DNA of 64,000 nt from Flavobacteriales bacterium (lineage in GTDB: Bacteria > Bacteroidota > Bacteroidia > Flavobacteriales_D > Sanyastnellaceae): the NCBI GenBank assembly GCA_046336655.1, contig JBKDGH010000118.1, positions 1,224-65,223 of the forward strand, read 5' to 3'. The position numbers and the translations under genes are program-made. Position 1 is the first letter of the stretch, and every line of letters begins with the position of its first letter. Below are positions 21,523-30,321 of this stretch, piece by piece. The notes beneath the pieces were generated by a model. That model worked only from the letters and a program-made list of their open reading frames with translations, was not told the DNA's origin and made no database searches.

Positions 21523-22290
21523 TCATTTCGAGTTGCGGTCGATTTCGCGCTTCATGGACGGCAGAAGGCCTTCGGTGCGATCAATCTGTGCAATCAGCTC
21601 GTCCACAGTGAATTCAGGATTCCTGTTTACCATCGCTGAGTAGAGGGAAGCCAGATGGTCAAAATCCGCGCGCGTGTCGATCGTGAGGCGGATGTCCCTG
21701 CGTATATTCACAGGCGGGGGAACAGGTATGAACAGGGTGCGAAAGTCCGGCCGATGGGTATAGACGTAATTGGTGACGTGCTCGTGAAAAAACGGGTCAG
21801 CAGTGGCTGCGTCAATTTTCCGGAGAAATTCAGCGGTCATGATTTCCGCAAATAACCCGATGTGGGATTGCATAATTGGCGTGCCGTCCGGAAATTCAAA
21901 GGTGGCGTAATCATACGTTCCTTCAGAAAATGCGTCGATGAGTTTTTGGATGTATTCTGCGCGCAGGAAGGGATTGTCCGCACACACGCGGATGACTGTT
22001 TTGAGCCTGAATGCGTCAATTGCTGCGAGGAAGCGTCCGAGGACATCTTTTTCGCTGCCCCGGAAGCATCTGATTCCATGTTGCGCAGCCATCTCTGCAA
22101 CGGCATCGTCATCCGCTGACGTGGTAGTAGCGATAATAAGATTATCTGCCCCCAGAACCGGCTTTAATCGGGTAATGATCAAATCAGGGATAGTCTGCTG
22201 CTCATAAAACGGCAGTCGCATCTTCCCGGGCAATCGGGTGGAATTCGTCCGGATCTGAAGAATGGCGGTGGGTTTCATTTTAGCCTTCAA
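21523..22290 (-). CDS. SpsF-like cytidylyltransferase family protein (copy 2)
   Basis: AILQIRTNSTRLPGKM N-terminal nucleotide-binding motif and VIRVCADNPF. It is a paralogue of 25755-26519. It carries a ~90-aa C-terminal extension. Confidence 0.7.
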   Translation of the reverse strand: MKAKMKPTAILQIRTNSTRLPGKMRLPFYEQQTIPDLIITRLKPVLGADNLIIATTTSADDDAVAEMAAQHGIRCFRGSEKDVLGRFLAAIDAFRLKTVIRVCADNPFLRAEYIQKLIDAFSEGTYDYATFEFPDGTPIMQSHIGLFAEIMTAEFLRKIDAATADPFFHEHVTNYVYTHRPDFRTLFIPVPPPVNIRRDIRLTIDTRADFDHLASLYSAMVNRNPEFTVDELIAQIDRTEGLLPSMKREIDRNSK

Positions 22291-23581
22291 TTAATCCTGC
22301 ACGGATACATTGGTCCACAATATCCTGATAAAGGAAGATGCTTTCATTGCGCAGCTCAGCTACTTCCCTCAGGCTGCTTGCTCCGTCAGCGTAGGCGAGA
22401 AAGTGCATCAGCCTGTGTGTTTTTTCCCGCGCGTCTTCAGGGTTCACACTGTCCGGATACATGCCTCTTCGTCCGAGTTGCGGCTCGCAATACGGCACCG
22501 TGCTTTTGTAGTTGGCATTGAGCTCAAGCGCACGAAGGATTTTTGACACCGCATCCACCGTTTCGGAGAGATGAGGAAAAGAAAGAAATGATTTATTGTC
22601 GAGGGATGTATGATACTCTTTGTATTTCTGATAGGGAGTTCGGATAATCGATCCGACAGGCAGATTGAATCCTGGCGAACAGTATTGCCGTTCATCGCTT
22701 CCTCCCACAGCGAATGGTGTCGTGCGGTGCGCAAACCCTCCGTGCCTGAGCACATGCAAAGCAATATGATCTGCTTCCGAGTCGCCCCGCCGTGAAAGCT
22801 TATAGGTGAGATCTCCGCGATCTCCGCAGCAGGTCAGCACATAGCCCGCTACCAGTGTGTCCTTCAGGCGCATCCCGTGATTCGCGAGATAGGCTATGGC
22901 ACCGATGGTTTCCGGAATAAACAGGAACCGATAGGTGTGCTTCGGTGCAGCCATCTGCATCATTTCTCTGGCCACGAACGCAGCGGCAAGCGGGCCTGAC
23001 AGTTCGTTGTTGGCCATACTAGGGTGACATAGGTAAGTGGAGATGAGCACTTCTCCAGAGCCCGAGCCGGGAATCACAAATTCTCCGTAAGTCAGACTGC
23101 CATTCTCCAGCGTGCTGTCAATCATTACGTGGTATTCACCTTCTTCCGGGAGTGTAGCGAGTTCATTCGCCGAAAGACAGAACCCCCATTTTTCCTTGTA
23201 GTAGCTGGTGATATAAGGAATGGCGTCCGGCATGCTTTTAACTACGTGCAAATGCGGCCGAAGTTCAGCGAGTGTCATTTTCCGGTCTACAGGAATAGAA
23301 TAGTTCACCACATGCAAATTGTGGTCACTGAGTCTGCAGATGACTCTTCCGTCGGGAGTTTTAATCCATGCATCGCGGATATTCCATTCTTTCGGAATGG
23401 TCCAGTCAAATACCGCAGTGCCACTTGGAACTTCTGTTTTCTGAAGCGGAATGAGTTCGCTGATGATGTCCAGGGAGGCGCGCAGACCATTACCCGTAAT
23501 GCTTCGGCAAATAGGCCATAGCCGGTCAAAGTAATGCTCAAGTTCTTGTGCTCTGGTCATCTCCGGATTATTTCTCACCAT
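22280..23581 (-). CDS. aminopeptidase-like DUF4910/DUF2172 protein (M28-like fold plus winged helix), polysaccharide-locus associated
   Basis: FDRLWPICRSITGNGLRASLDIISELIPL...VPSGTAVFDWTIPKEWNI matches my memory of the COG4310-type family found in glycan loci. This is recognition only. Confidence 0.6.
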   Translation of the reverse strand: MVRNNPEMTRAQELEHYFDRLWPICRSITGNGLRASLDIISELIPLQKTEVPSGTAVFDWTIPKEWNIRDAWIKTPDGRVICRLSDHNLHVVNYSIPVDRKMTLAELRPHLHVVKSMPDAIPYITSYYKEKWGFCLSANELATLPEEGEYHVMIDSTLENGSLTYGEFVIPGSGSGEVLISTYLCHPSMANNELSGPLAAAFVAREMMQMAAPKHTYRFLFIPETIGAIAYLANHGMRLKDTLVAGYVLTCCGDRGDLTYKLSRRGDSEADHIALHVLRHGGFAHRTTPFAVGGSDERQYCSPGFNLPVGSIIRTPYQKYKEYHTSLDNKSFLSFPHLSETVDAVSKILRALELNANYKSTVPYCEPQLGRRGMYPDSVNPEDAREKTHRLMHFLAYADGASSLREVAELRNESIFLYQDIVDQCIRAGLIEG

Positions 23582-24393
23582 ACTGTCCAGCCGCCTTCCA
23601 CGAGCATGTTGTCACCGGTGACATAGCTCGATGCATCGCTCAGGAGATAGATCAGTGCAGGTGCCACTTCGTGGTTGTAACTCAGTCTGCGCATCGGAGA
23701 GAACCGTGCGAAGTTGGCTTCAAACTGTGTCTCGTGATTATTCCACACGCCATGTGGGGTGATCATATTGACTCTCACTTTATGAGTGGCCCAGTATGAA
23801 GCGAGATATCTCGAAAGTGCATCAATACCCCCTTTTGAAGCAGAGTATGCTGCCGGACAGCCAAGGGTGGTGCCTTCGTAGAGGTTCTGATTTGGCGCGA
23901 CCACACTGTAGGTGGATGGCAGGTTCACAATGCTTCCGCCACCGTTTTTTGCCATGTGTGTTCCGATGACCTGACACGTCAGAAAGGTGCCTTTCAGATT
24001 GACCTGTACCACGGTGTCCCAGTTATCTTCAGTTACCTGATCGAATGGTTCGAAGATGAGGTGACTTTTATTCTGATGCGCATTGACCAGCCCGTCTACT
24101 TTGCCAAATGCCTCAAGCGCAGCGGCGAGCAGTTCTTGCACGTTTGACTTGTCTGTCACATTAGTCACAAACCCAAGCATTTTGCGGCTATACCGCTGCT
24201 CCAGGTCGCTTGCGAATTCCTGCGGATTGCCCATGTCCGCGACCACAATGTGTGCGCCGAATTGTGCGCAGGCTTCGCAAAAGGCTCTTCCGATAAGTCC
24301 TCCGGCGCCTGTGATGACAATGACTTTACCGGTGAGTTCAAATTTTGAACGAAAGTCAATTTGCTTTGGATCTGTGGTGCGCAATGGGTCCAT
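23575..24393 (-). CDS. SDR family oxidoreductase
   Basis: ITGAGGLIGRAF Rossmann motif and YSASKGG catalytic YxxxK. It overlaps both neighbours. Confidence 0.8.
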   Translation of the reverse strand: MDPLRTTDPKQIDFRSKFELTGKVIVITGAGGLIGRAFCEACAQFGAHIVVADMGNPQEFASDLEQRYSRKMLGFVTNVTDKSNVQELLAAALEAFGKVDGLVNAHQNKSHLIFEPFDQVTEDNWDTVVQVNLKGTFLTCQVIGTHMAKNGGGSIVNLPSTYSVVAPNQNLYEGTTLGCPAAYSASKGGIDALSRYLASYWATHKVRVNMITPHGVWNNHETQFEANFARFSPMRRLSYNHEVAPALIYLLSDASSYVTGDNMLVEGGWTVW

Positions 24394-25739
24394 CAGTTGA
24401 ATTTGCGGAATACGGGTTTGATTGCAGGTCCGGTGAGATAGTGCTCAACGCCTTTGTCCAGGGCTTGAATAAAAATAGCGCAGGTTTCTTCAAATGCAGC
24501 AAGCATCCAGTCGATGTCTTCGAAAGTGTGCGAGTAACAGGGTGAAAGAATGCCCTGGAAGAGGATACCACGGCATATCATTTCCTGCATCACCAGGGTG
24601 CGCAGTTGGAAATCGGGTTGTCCGGCAGCATTCTTGACAATCATGCCCACGCTCCAGTTGAATCCGGTGAGATCGAAGTACGCAGTGAGGTTTTTTTCCT
24701 GAAGAATGCGCTTCATGCCGGCGATGTAATAATCGCCGATGGAGTGGTTGTGTGCAATCACGGGCTCGCGCTCAAACACATCCATGGTGGCGAGGCCTGC
24801 AGCAATCGCATGTGTTTCGCCGCCGTGCGTGGTGCTTACGAGAAAGAGTTTGGGTGTGCCTTCCCGGCTGATACCACCCAGTTGCATGATTTCCTTTTTA
24901 CCGGTGAGCGCACAAAATGAAAATCCGTTGGCAATGCCTTTTCCCCAAGTGGCGAGGTCCGGATTCGCATTGAATTTTTTAATGCTTCCGGGATAGTCGG
25001 TCTTGAATCCGGTGATCATCTCATCCATGATCCAGATTGCACCATGGGCATGTGCGAGCGCTATGGCTTTTTCGTAGAAGTCCGGCTCAAGCGGAATCCA
25101 CTTCTCAGGCTCACTGATCACGCAGGCGATTTGTCCCGGGTATTCGAGGAACATGCGCCCGAGGTCTTCCAGCGAATCCTGCCGGTAGAGGATGGTCATG
25201 TCCTTGATTTCACGGGGTACACCGAAATCACATGCGGTACTGCCGATAAACCAGTCGTCATAGCTGTAAAACGGATGTTCAGCGGGCCGTGCAATGAGGG
25301 TTCGGCCAGTGTAAGCGCGGGCAAGCTTGACCGCAGCAGTGGTGACCACACTGCCGTTTTTCGCGTATTTGATCATGTCGTGCCGAGGCACGAGGGAGAG
25401 AAAACGCTCGGCCATTTCGCGTTCAATGACGCTTGGCCTTGAGAAGTTCACGCCTCTTTCAAGCTCTTCCCGTACGCGTTTGAGCACGGGCTCATAGGCG
25501 TGTCCCAGCGAAACAGCAGTGAGTCCCATAAGTGTGTCAAGGTACTTATTGCCATCCGGATCCCAGCAATAGGCTCCCTTACCGTGGGTGATGGCTGCGG
25601 GTGAATGGATCGGGAACTGGTCGTCTCCTTTGGAGTAGGTATGTGCGCCTCCCGGAATCAGGTTGTGAATGACCCTGCGGTAGTCGTCACTGCGGGCGAA
25701 TTGAGTGATGTGCGGGAGCTGCACGGAACTTTTATTCAT
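24393..25739 (-). CDS. class III (glutamate-1-semialdehyde aminomutase-like) PLP aminotransferase
   Basis: 448 aa with LIPGGAHTYSKG, IWIMDEMITGF, and a candidate PLP-Lys in ATWGKGIANG. Confidence 0.85.
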   Translation of the reverse strand: MNKSSVQLPHITQFARSDDYRRVIHNLIPGGAHTYSKGDDQFPIHSPAAITHGKGAYCWDPDGNKYLDTLMGLTAVSLGHAYEPVLKRVREELERGVNFSRPSVIEREMAERFLSLVPRHDMIKYAKNGSVVTTAAVKLARAYTGRTLIARPAEHPFYSYDDWFIGSTACDFGVPREIKDMTILYRQDSLEDLGRMFLEYPGQIACVISEPEKWIPLEPDFYEKAIALAHAHGAIWIMDEMITGFKTDYPGSIKKFNANPDLATWGKGIANGFSFCALTGKKEIMQLGGISREGTPKLFLVSTTHGGETHAIAAGLATMDVFEREPVIAHNHSIGDYYIAGMKRILQEKNLTAYFDLTGFNWSVGMIVKNAAGQPDFQLRTLVMQEMICRGILFQGILSPCYSHTFEDIDWMLAAFEETCAIFIQALDKGVEHYLTGPAIKPVFRKFN

Positions 25740-25754
25740 TGCTGAATGTGTAGC

Positions 25755-26519
25755 TTATTCATGTACCTGTCTGTCTTCCCGAAGCGATTTAGCATAACCT
25801 TCATTGATGCAGCTTTCCTTGTTGATATTGCGGATTTCGGGGTGGTTTTGCAACAGGCGAATAACATCCTGCATTTCAAAAGATAAGGGGTCTGGGAAGC
25901 TACCGAATATTCGTTCGGTCATGAGGCGGTCTGATTCAGTATCAACTGAAAGTTTGAAGGTATATTGATCGTTGGTTTTTCTCCAGTACTTCGAAAATGC
26001 GGGTGATTGCTTGATGTAAGGCGTGACGTGTTCCCGTTCACTAAGCATCTTGGCCTCAGTCCAGGCTTTTTTCAGCGCAGCGAAAGAGCATATTTCAGTA
26101 TCGAAGCCGTCTTCAAGATACAGCGGCTCATAGTTTGAATTCGAGCAGTAATCCACACCATAATGGAAGTAGTTGCGAATAACTTCGTCCATCGTGGCGT
26201 GGTGGTGTAGCGGGTTGTCACAGCATATCCGCACCACATGTTGCGGTGTTTCGGGAAGGGAAACACATGCCTGATAGAAGCGATCGAGCACATCCCAGTC
26301 GCTGCCCCGGAAGCACGGTATTCCGGATTCTTCGCACCATTTCGCCAGTGCATCGTCTTCCGGGTTGGTGGTGGTGGCTACGATGAAATGAGAGACGTAT
26401 CGGCTTTTCTTCAGACGGTCGGTCATGTGCGCGATGAGCGCCTTTCCGGCTATCGGTGTCAACACCTTTCCGGGAAGGCGGGTGCTGCCCATTCGTGCCT
26501 GCAGGATGGCGCAGATCAT
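25755..26519 (-). CDS. SpsF-like cytidylyltransferase (copy 1)
   Basis: MICAILQARMGSTRLPGKVL and VVRICCDNPL, the glycosyl/acylneuraminate cytidylyltransferase family signature. Confidence 0.75.
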   Translation of the reverse strand: MICAILQARMGSTRLPGKVLTPIAGKALIAHMTDRLKKSRYVSHFIVATTTNPEDDALAKWCEESGIPCFRGSDWDVLDRFYQACVSLPETPQHVVRICCDNPLHHHATMDEVIRNYFHYGVDYCSNSNYEPLYLEDGFDTEICSFAALKKAWTEAKMLSEREHVTPYIKQSPAFSKYWRKTNDQYTFKLSVDTESDRLMTERIFGSFPDPLSFEMQDVIRLLQNHPEIRNINKESCINEGYAKSLREDRQVHE

Positions 26520-26525
26520 GATTGG

Positions 26526-27056
26526 TTAGTTTTTAAATGCACTCATCAGGATTTTATCCACGTACATTCCCTCACAGTACACATGCTCCTTAAGTCTGCC
26601 TTCTTCTGTGAAGCCGGCTTTTTCATAGGCGCGCATAGCTGCCGGATTATTGGAATAAACCGCCAAAAGAACTTTGCGCAGGTTAAGTGTCTGGAATGCG
26701 TAGCGAATCATCATTCCGCAAACCTCTGTACCTATTCCTTTTCCGCGATGATCCGCTGACCCAATAAGGATACCGAGTTCACAGGTACCCGAAATCCAAT
26801 CAATACGATCAAGCTTTACATTTCCGATGTGCTTGCTTGTGCTGCGGTCACAGACAGCCAGTATAACGCAGTCTTTATGGGTTGTCACTGAGGCGATATA
26901 AGCCTTGAGTGATTCCATGTTGGAAGGAAAATTGCCCGCAACAAGCCCTCTCGTGGTTTCCGGATTATTAATCCAGTCGAGGTATTCTGGGGTCGCATCT
27001 TCCATTGAGAGTGCTCTAAGGAAGACGCTGCTGCCATTCAGGAAAAAGCCACTCAT
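26526..27056 (-). CDS. GNAT family N-acetyltransferase (RimJ/RimL-like)
   Basis: 176 aa with the acetyl-CoA site HRGKGIGTE and YEKAGFTEEG. Confidence 0.8.
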   Translation of the reverse strand: MSGFFLNGSSVFLRALSMEDATPEYLDWINNPETTRGLVAGNFPSNMESLKAYIASVTTHKDCVILAVCDRSTSKHIGNVKLDRIDWISGTCELGILIGSADHRGKGIGTEVCGMMIRYAFQTLNLRKVLLAVYSNNPAAMRAYEKAGFTEEGRLKEHVYCEGMYVDKILMSAFKN

Positions 27057-27691
27057 TTATGCTTGATGTTGAGCAGATGGGAATACTTCTGCATGGTTTC
27101 TTTATCCTTCGTCAGGTTGTGGTCGTGCATCCTGTAACGATACAGCGGGATAGGCAAGTTGCAGATGTTGTATTTGCCGCTCCAGCGAATCCTCAGGTCT
27201 TCTTCTTCACGCGCTCTGAATTCTTCGTCGTACAGACCTATCTGATACAGGTAGTCTTTCCGGAACATGATGCCACATGCAATGGGCTCTTCCGCCGCAT
27301 TGGCATGGCGCACGTGCGTTCCTTTTTCATCAACAAGCCAGTAATCGGCCGATACGGCATCAATGGAGGTATTCTCTTCCAGAAATAGCTTTTGTACGTA
27401 GAGCAAATCCCGATGGATGTAGTCATCTGCATCGAGAAAAAGAATGAACTGTCCTTTGGCTTTCTTAATTCCAAAGTTTCTTGCTCCCGCAAGTCCGAGG
27501 TTGGATTCGAGGTGAAAGACCCGTGCATCATCTGCGTAGTTCTCCAGCACTTCTTTGGTGTGATCCGTGCTGGCATCGTCGATTACAAGTATTTCGTAGT
27601 TTCTCTTATCAAGACTTTGCTCCATGGCACTGCGGATAGCCCGCTCGAGATAATGCGCATAATTGTAAGTAGTGATGATCAATGAAACCAT
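27053..27691 (-). CDS. family 2 glycosyltransferase (short, 212 aa)
   Basis: VSLIITTYNYAHYLERAIRS, VIDDASTD and LDADD (the DxD motif). ATGA overlap with the GNAT gene. Confidence 0.85.
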   Translation of the reverse strand: MVSLIITTYNYAHYLERAIRSAMEQSLDKRNYEILVIDDASTDHTKEVLENYADDARVFHLESNLGLAGARNFGIKKAKGQFILFLDADDYIHRDLLYVQKLFLEENTSIDAVSADYWLVDEKGTHVRHANAAEEPIACGIMFRKDYLYQIGLYDEEFRAREEEDLRIRWSGKYNICNLPIPLYRYRMHDHNLTKDKETMQKYSHLLNIKHK

Positions 27692-27717
27692 TCCTTCAGT
27701 TACTTGAATAAACTTGA

Positions 27718-30150
27718 TCAGGGTTTTTTCTTGTTCCGGCTTTTCCTGGTCTTTTTGTCGTCTTCGCCGTAGCCGTATCCATAGCTTCCGTAGCTTGAAT
27801 AACCGCCGTATCCATAGCCGTATCCATAACCGTAGCCGTATCCATAGCGGTATATGTACTTGCCGTAGTAGTACCTCCCGCGCTTGGTCTTAATGTTATT
27901 GAGGAGCAGACTGTTATTCTTCAGATTATTCTGTGAGAGTAAATCTTCAAGATGGCGAACACCCGCTTTTGTGGCCTTTTCGGTATTCATTACAATGATA
28001 CCGGTGCGCACCTTGGACAATAGCACCAGCGAGTCACTGATGAGCATCACCGGCGGAGTATCCACGATGACATAATCGTAGATCTTAGCGGTTTCGGTGA
28101 GCAGTGTATTTACCTTTTCATTCAGCACCAACTCCGAAGCATTGGGTGGCACCGGGCCCGCAGTCAGAACGTCCAGATTCTGAACCTGAGTGGGCAAAAT
28201 GGAATCCCGGTAATCCGTTCTTCCGATAAGGTAAGTTGATACTCCGGTGACGTTCTCAAATCCAAACACCTTGTGCACCCTTGGCTTGTGCAAGTCAAAG
28301 TCGAGGATAAGCACCCGTTTTGAAGCTTTCGCCAAAACCGCAGCGAGGTTAGCGGACACAAACGTTTTTCCTTCTCCCGGGTGAAGCGAGGTGACAAGCA
28401 GAACATTGGATTCGTCGGTTGGCAGCAGGTACTGCAGATTGGTGCGGAGTGCCCGGAAAGCTTCGCTGACATTACCCCGGGGACTTTCCATGAGGGCAAT
28501 CGGATGAATATCGCTGTCCGGGTAGTTGGGCACACCCCCGATCACAGGTATTTTGGTAATGCTCTTGAGTTCGCGGATGTTTTCGATGCGCTCCAGGAAG
28601 ACCATTCGCAATACCCCAATGATCAGGGAAATCAGGAGTCCAATACCTAGCCCGTAATAAATGATGCCTTTTTTGTTTGGGCCCACGACTCCAAGTGATC
28701 GTGCTGATTCGATTACGCTGGTCTGAGGTATGATGGCCGCTTTTGCAATGGCCGTATTGGCTTTCTTTTCCAGAAGGAAGGTGAAGAGCTGCTCATTGAC
28801 ATTCAGCTTGCGCTCAATGCTCAACAAGTCGCGTTCTGATTTGGGAATGGTGCTGAGCGTGCGCTCCAGATCACGGATCTGCCCGTTCAGGTCGCCGATC
28901 CGGAGCCTGACGGATTCCTTGGTATCCGCAGTGTATTTGTAGATACTTGACCGGATCGTATTGATTTCGCTTTCTATGCGTTGAATACGCACGTCGGCAT
29001 CTTTCAGGTCAACGGATAGATTGGCCTTGCGCTGACGAAGATCAAAAATGGCTGTAATCTGATCGCGAAGCGCCGTTTCATCCGCCCCGATGTAAGCCAT
29101 AGGAGGGATCACCGCATTGTCCTTTTCCTTGGTAAGGAAACTTTCCAGCGCATTGATCGATTCGATCTTAAGCTCCAGCTGCCTTTTTTGTCCTTCAGCT
29201 TCAGTCAGCGCGTCAAATGCTGCAGCTTGCTCGCGATTCAGATCCAGAATTTTCCGTGAATCCTTGAAGATCTCGAGACTCGTTTCAAGCGAGTCCATAA
29301 CACGCACCAACTCGTCCAGCTGAATATCAATGTACTTCTGGGTATTCTCGTTGATGGTGAATTGATTTTCGAGGGTGAAGTCGATGTAGACCTGGGCCAG
29401 TGTGTCCAAAAACTGAGTGGCTTTGGTCGCCAGTTCATCATTGCAGGTAATAGACAGAATGCTGGTGTATTCGACGTTTTTGACTGAGAGGTTCTCTGTG
29501 TATTTGTTGATCAGCCAGGACTCAGGATGCACGCGGATCATGAATGTCTGCTCCTGAATGATGTTGAGCCCGGGCTCATCCACCCACGGAGAAAGATTCA
29601 CCTGAATCACGAAATTACCGTCCTCGTAAGCTTTGCCGAATTCGAATTCGCGGTTGTACTGAATGCCTTCGAGGTCATAAGTCACAAGACACTTCTTCAG
29701 ATCGAGCACTTTGATGAAGATCGGATTATTGTGCAGCTTGCTGTTCATCCGCCGCCAGTCGCACTTCACGCTGATCGCGTCAAAGTGATCCACCTGACTC
29801 GTCTTGATCCGACCAACAAGGTAATAGCTGATAGAGAAGTCAATCTTGGAGAGCACACGTTTAATGAGGTCATACGATGTGATGACCCGTTGCTGGTTGG
29901 TAACGTCCTGAAACAACGAGAAGTAACCAATATCTTTGTATATCTTGTTTTGGTAGTCGTACGTTTCGTCGGACTTCAGAAGAATTTCCGTTCGCGCCGC
30001 GTAAATCTCCTGCAGCCGGTGGGTGTAGAAATAGGCAATCGTGAACGAAATCAGGCTGAACAGGATGATCAGATGCCAGTTCTTACCAATAAATTTCAGA
30101 ATGGGCCGCAGATCGTCTGCATCGATAAAATTCGTCCTCTGTTCGGCCAT
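27718..30150 (-). CDS. Wzc/GumC-like polysaccharide co-polymerase fused to a BY-type tyrosine kinase
   Basis: Wzz-like N-terminus with 2 TM flanking a long coiled periplasmic region, then Walker A GEGKTF, A' ILDFDLHKP, B VIVDTPP, and a Tyr-rich tail. The start is set at MAEQRT (30150) because a TATATTTG box lies at 30168-30175, inside the longer ORF. Confidence 0.85.
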   Translation of the reverse strand: MAEQRTNFIDADDLRPILKFIGKNWHLIILFSLISFTIAYFYTHRLQEIYAARTEILLKSDETYDYQNKIYKDIGYFSLFQDVTNQQRVITSYDLIKRVLSKIDFSISYYLVGRIKTSQVDHFDAISVKCDWRRMNSKLHNNPIFIKVLDLKKCLVTYDLEGIQYNREFEFGKAYEDGNFVIQVNLSPWVDEPGLNIIQEQTFMIRVHPESWLINKYTENLSVKNVEYTSILSITCNDELATKATQFLDTLAQVYIDFTLENQFTINENTQKYIDIQLDELVRVMDSLETSLEIFKDSRKILDLNREQAAAFDALTEAEGQKRQLELKIESINALESFLTKEKDNAVIPPMAYIGADETALRDQITAIFDLRQRKANLSVDLKDADVRIQRIESEINTIRSSIYKYTADTKESVRLRIGDLNGQIRDLERTLSTIPKSERDLLSIERKLNVNEQLFTFLLEKKANTAIAKAAIIPQTSVIESARSLGVVGPNKKGIIYYGLGIGLLISLIIGVLRMVFLERIENIRELKSITKIPVIGGVPNYPDSDIHPIALMESPRGNVSEAFRALRTNLQYLLPTDESNVLLVTSLHPGEGKTFVSANLAAVLAKASKRVLILDFDLHKPRVHKVFGFENVTGVSTYLIGRTDYRDSILPTQVQNLDVLTAGPVPPNASELVLNEKVNTLLTETAKIYDYVIVDTPPVMLISDSLVLLSKVRTGIIVMNTEKATKAGVRHLEDLLSQNNLKNNSLLLNNIKTKRGRYYYGKYIYRYGYGYGYGYGYGYGGYSSYGSYGYGYGEDDKKTRKSRNKKKP
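27766..27876 (-). repeat. Tyr/Gly codon repeat encoding the (YG)n kinase tail
   Basis: My translation gives ...RGRYYYGKYIYR(YG)7GYSSYGSYGYGYGEDDKKTRKSRNKKKP. The DNA is an imperfect GTA/ATA-NCC hexamer array. Confidence 0.85.
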
Positions 30151-30167
30151 TCGATGAGTATAGGGCG

Positions 30168-30175
30168 CAAATATA
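30168..30175 (-). promoter_or_regulatory. candidate -7 box (TATATTTG on the minus strand) for the kinase-led glycan operon
   Basis: The plus strand reads CAAATATA, which is TAnnTTTG on the minus strand, 17 nt upstream of ATG 30150. Confidence 0.35.
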
Positions 30176-30291
30176 GCGCAAGACCGCACTTGTGAAGGGG
30201 GGGCATGATTTCACAGACTGGCTGAACTCATTGGGCAGAGCGATTTTCGGATAGTTTTTCGGGGTGTTCATACAGTGAGCAGGATTCTGTT

Positions 30292-30299
30292 TACATTTG
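30292..30299 (+). promoter_or_regulatory. candidate -7 box (TACATTTG) for the XrtF operon
   Basis: Exact TAnnTTTG match, 22 nt upstream of ATG 30322. Confidence 0.35.
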
Positions 30300-30321
30300 T
30301 GAGCCGTTTAGATTAGTCCTA

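Noticed and set aside
27766-27876. Repetitive GTATCC/ATAGCC-like DNA considered as a CRISPR array or non-coding microsatellite
   Set aside because: The repeat unit is 6 nt with no spacers, and it lies in frame inside the kinase gene encoding the (YG)n tail. It is not a CRISPR array.
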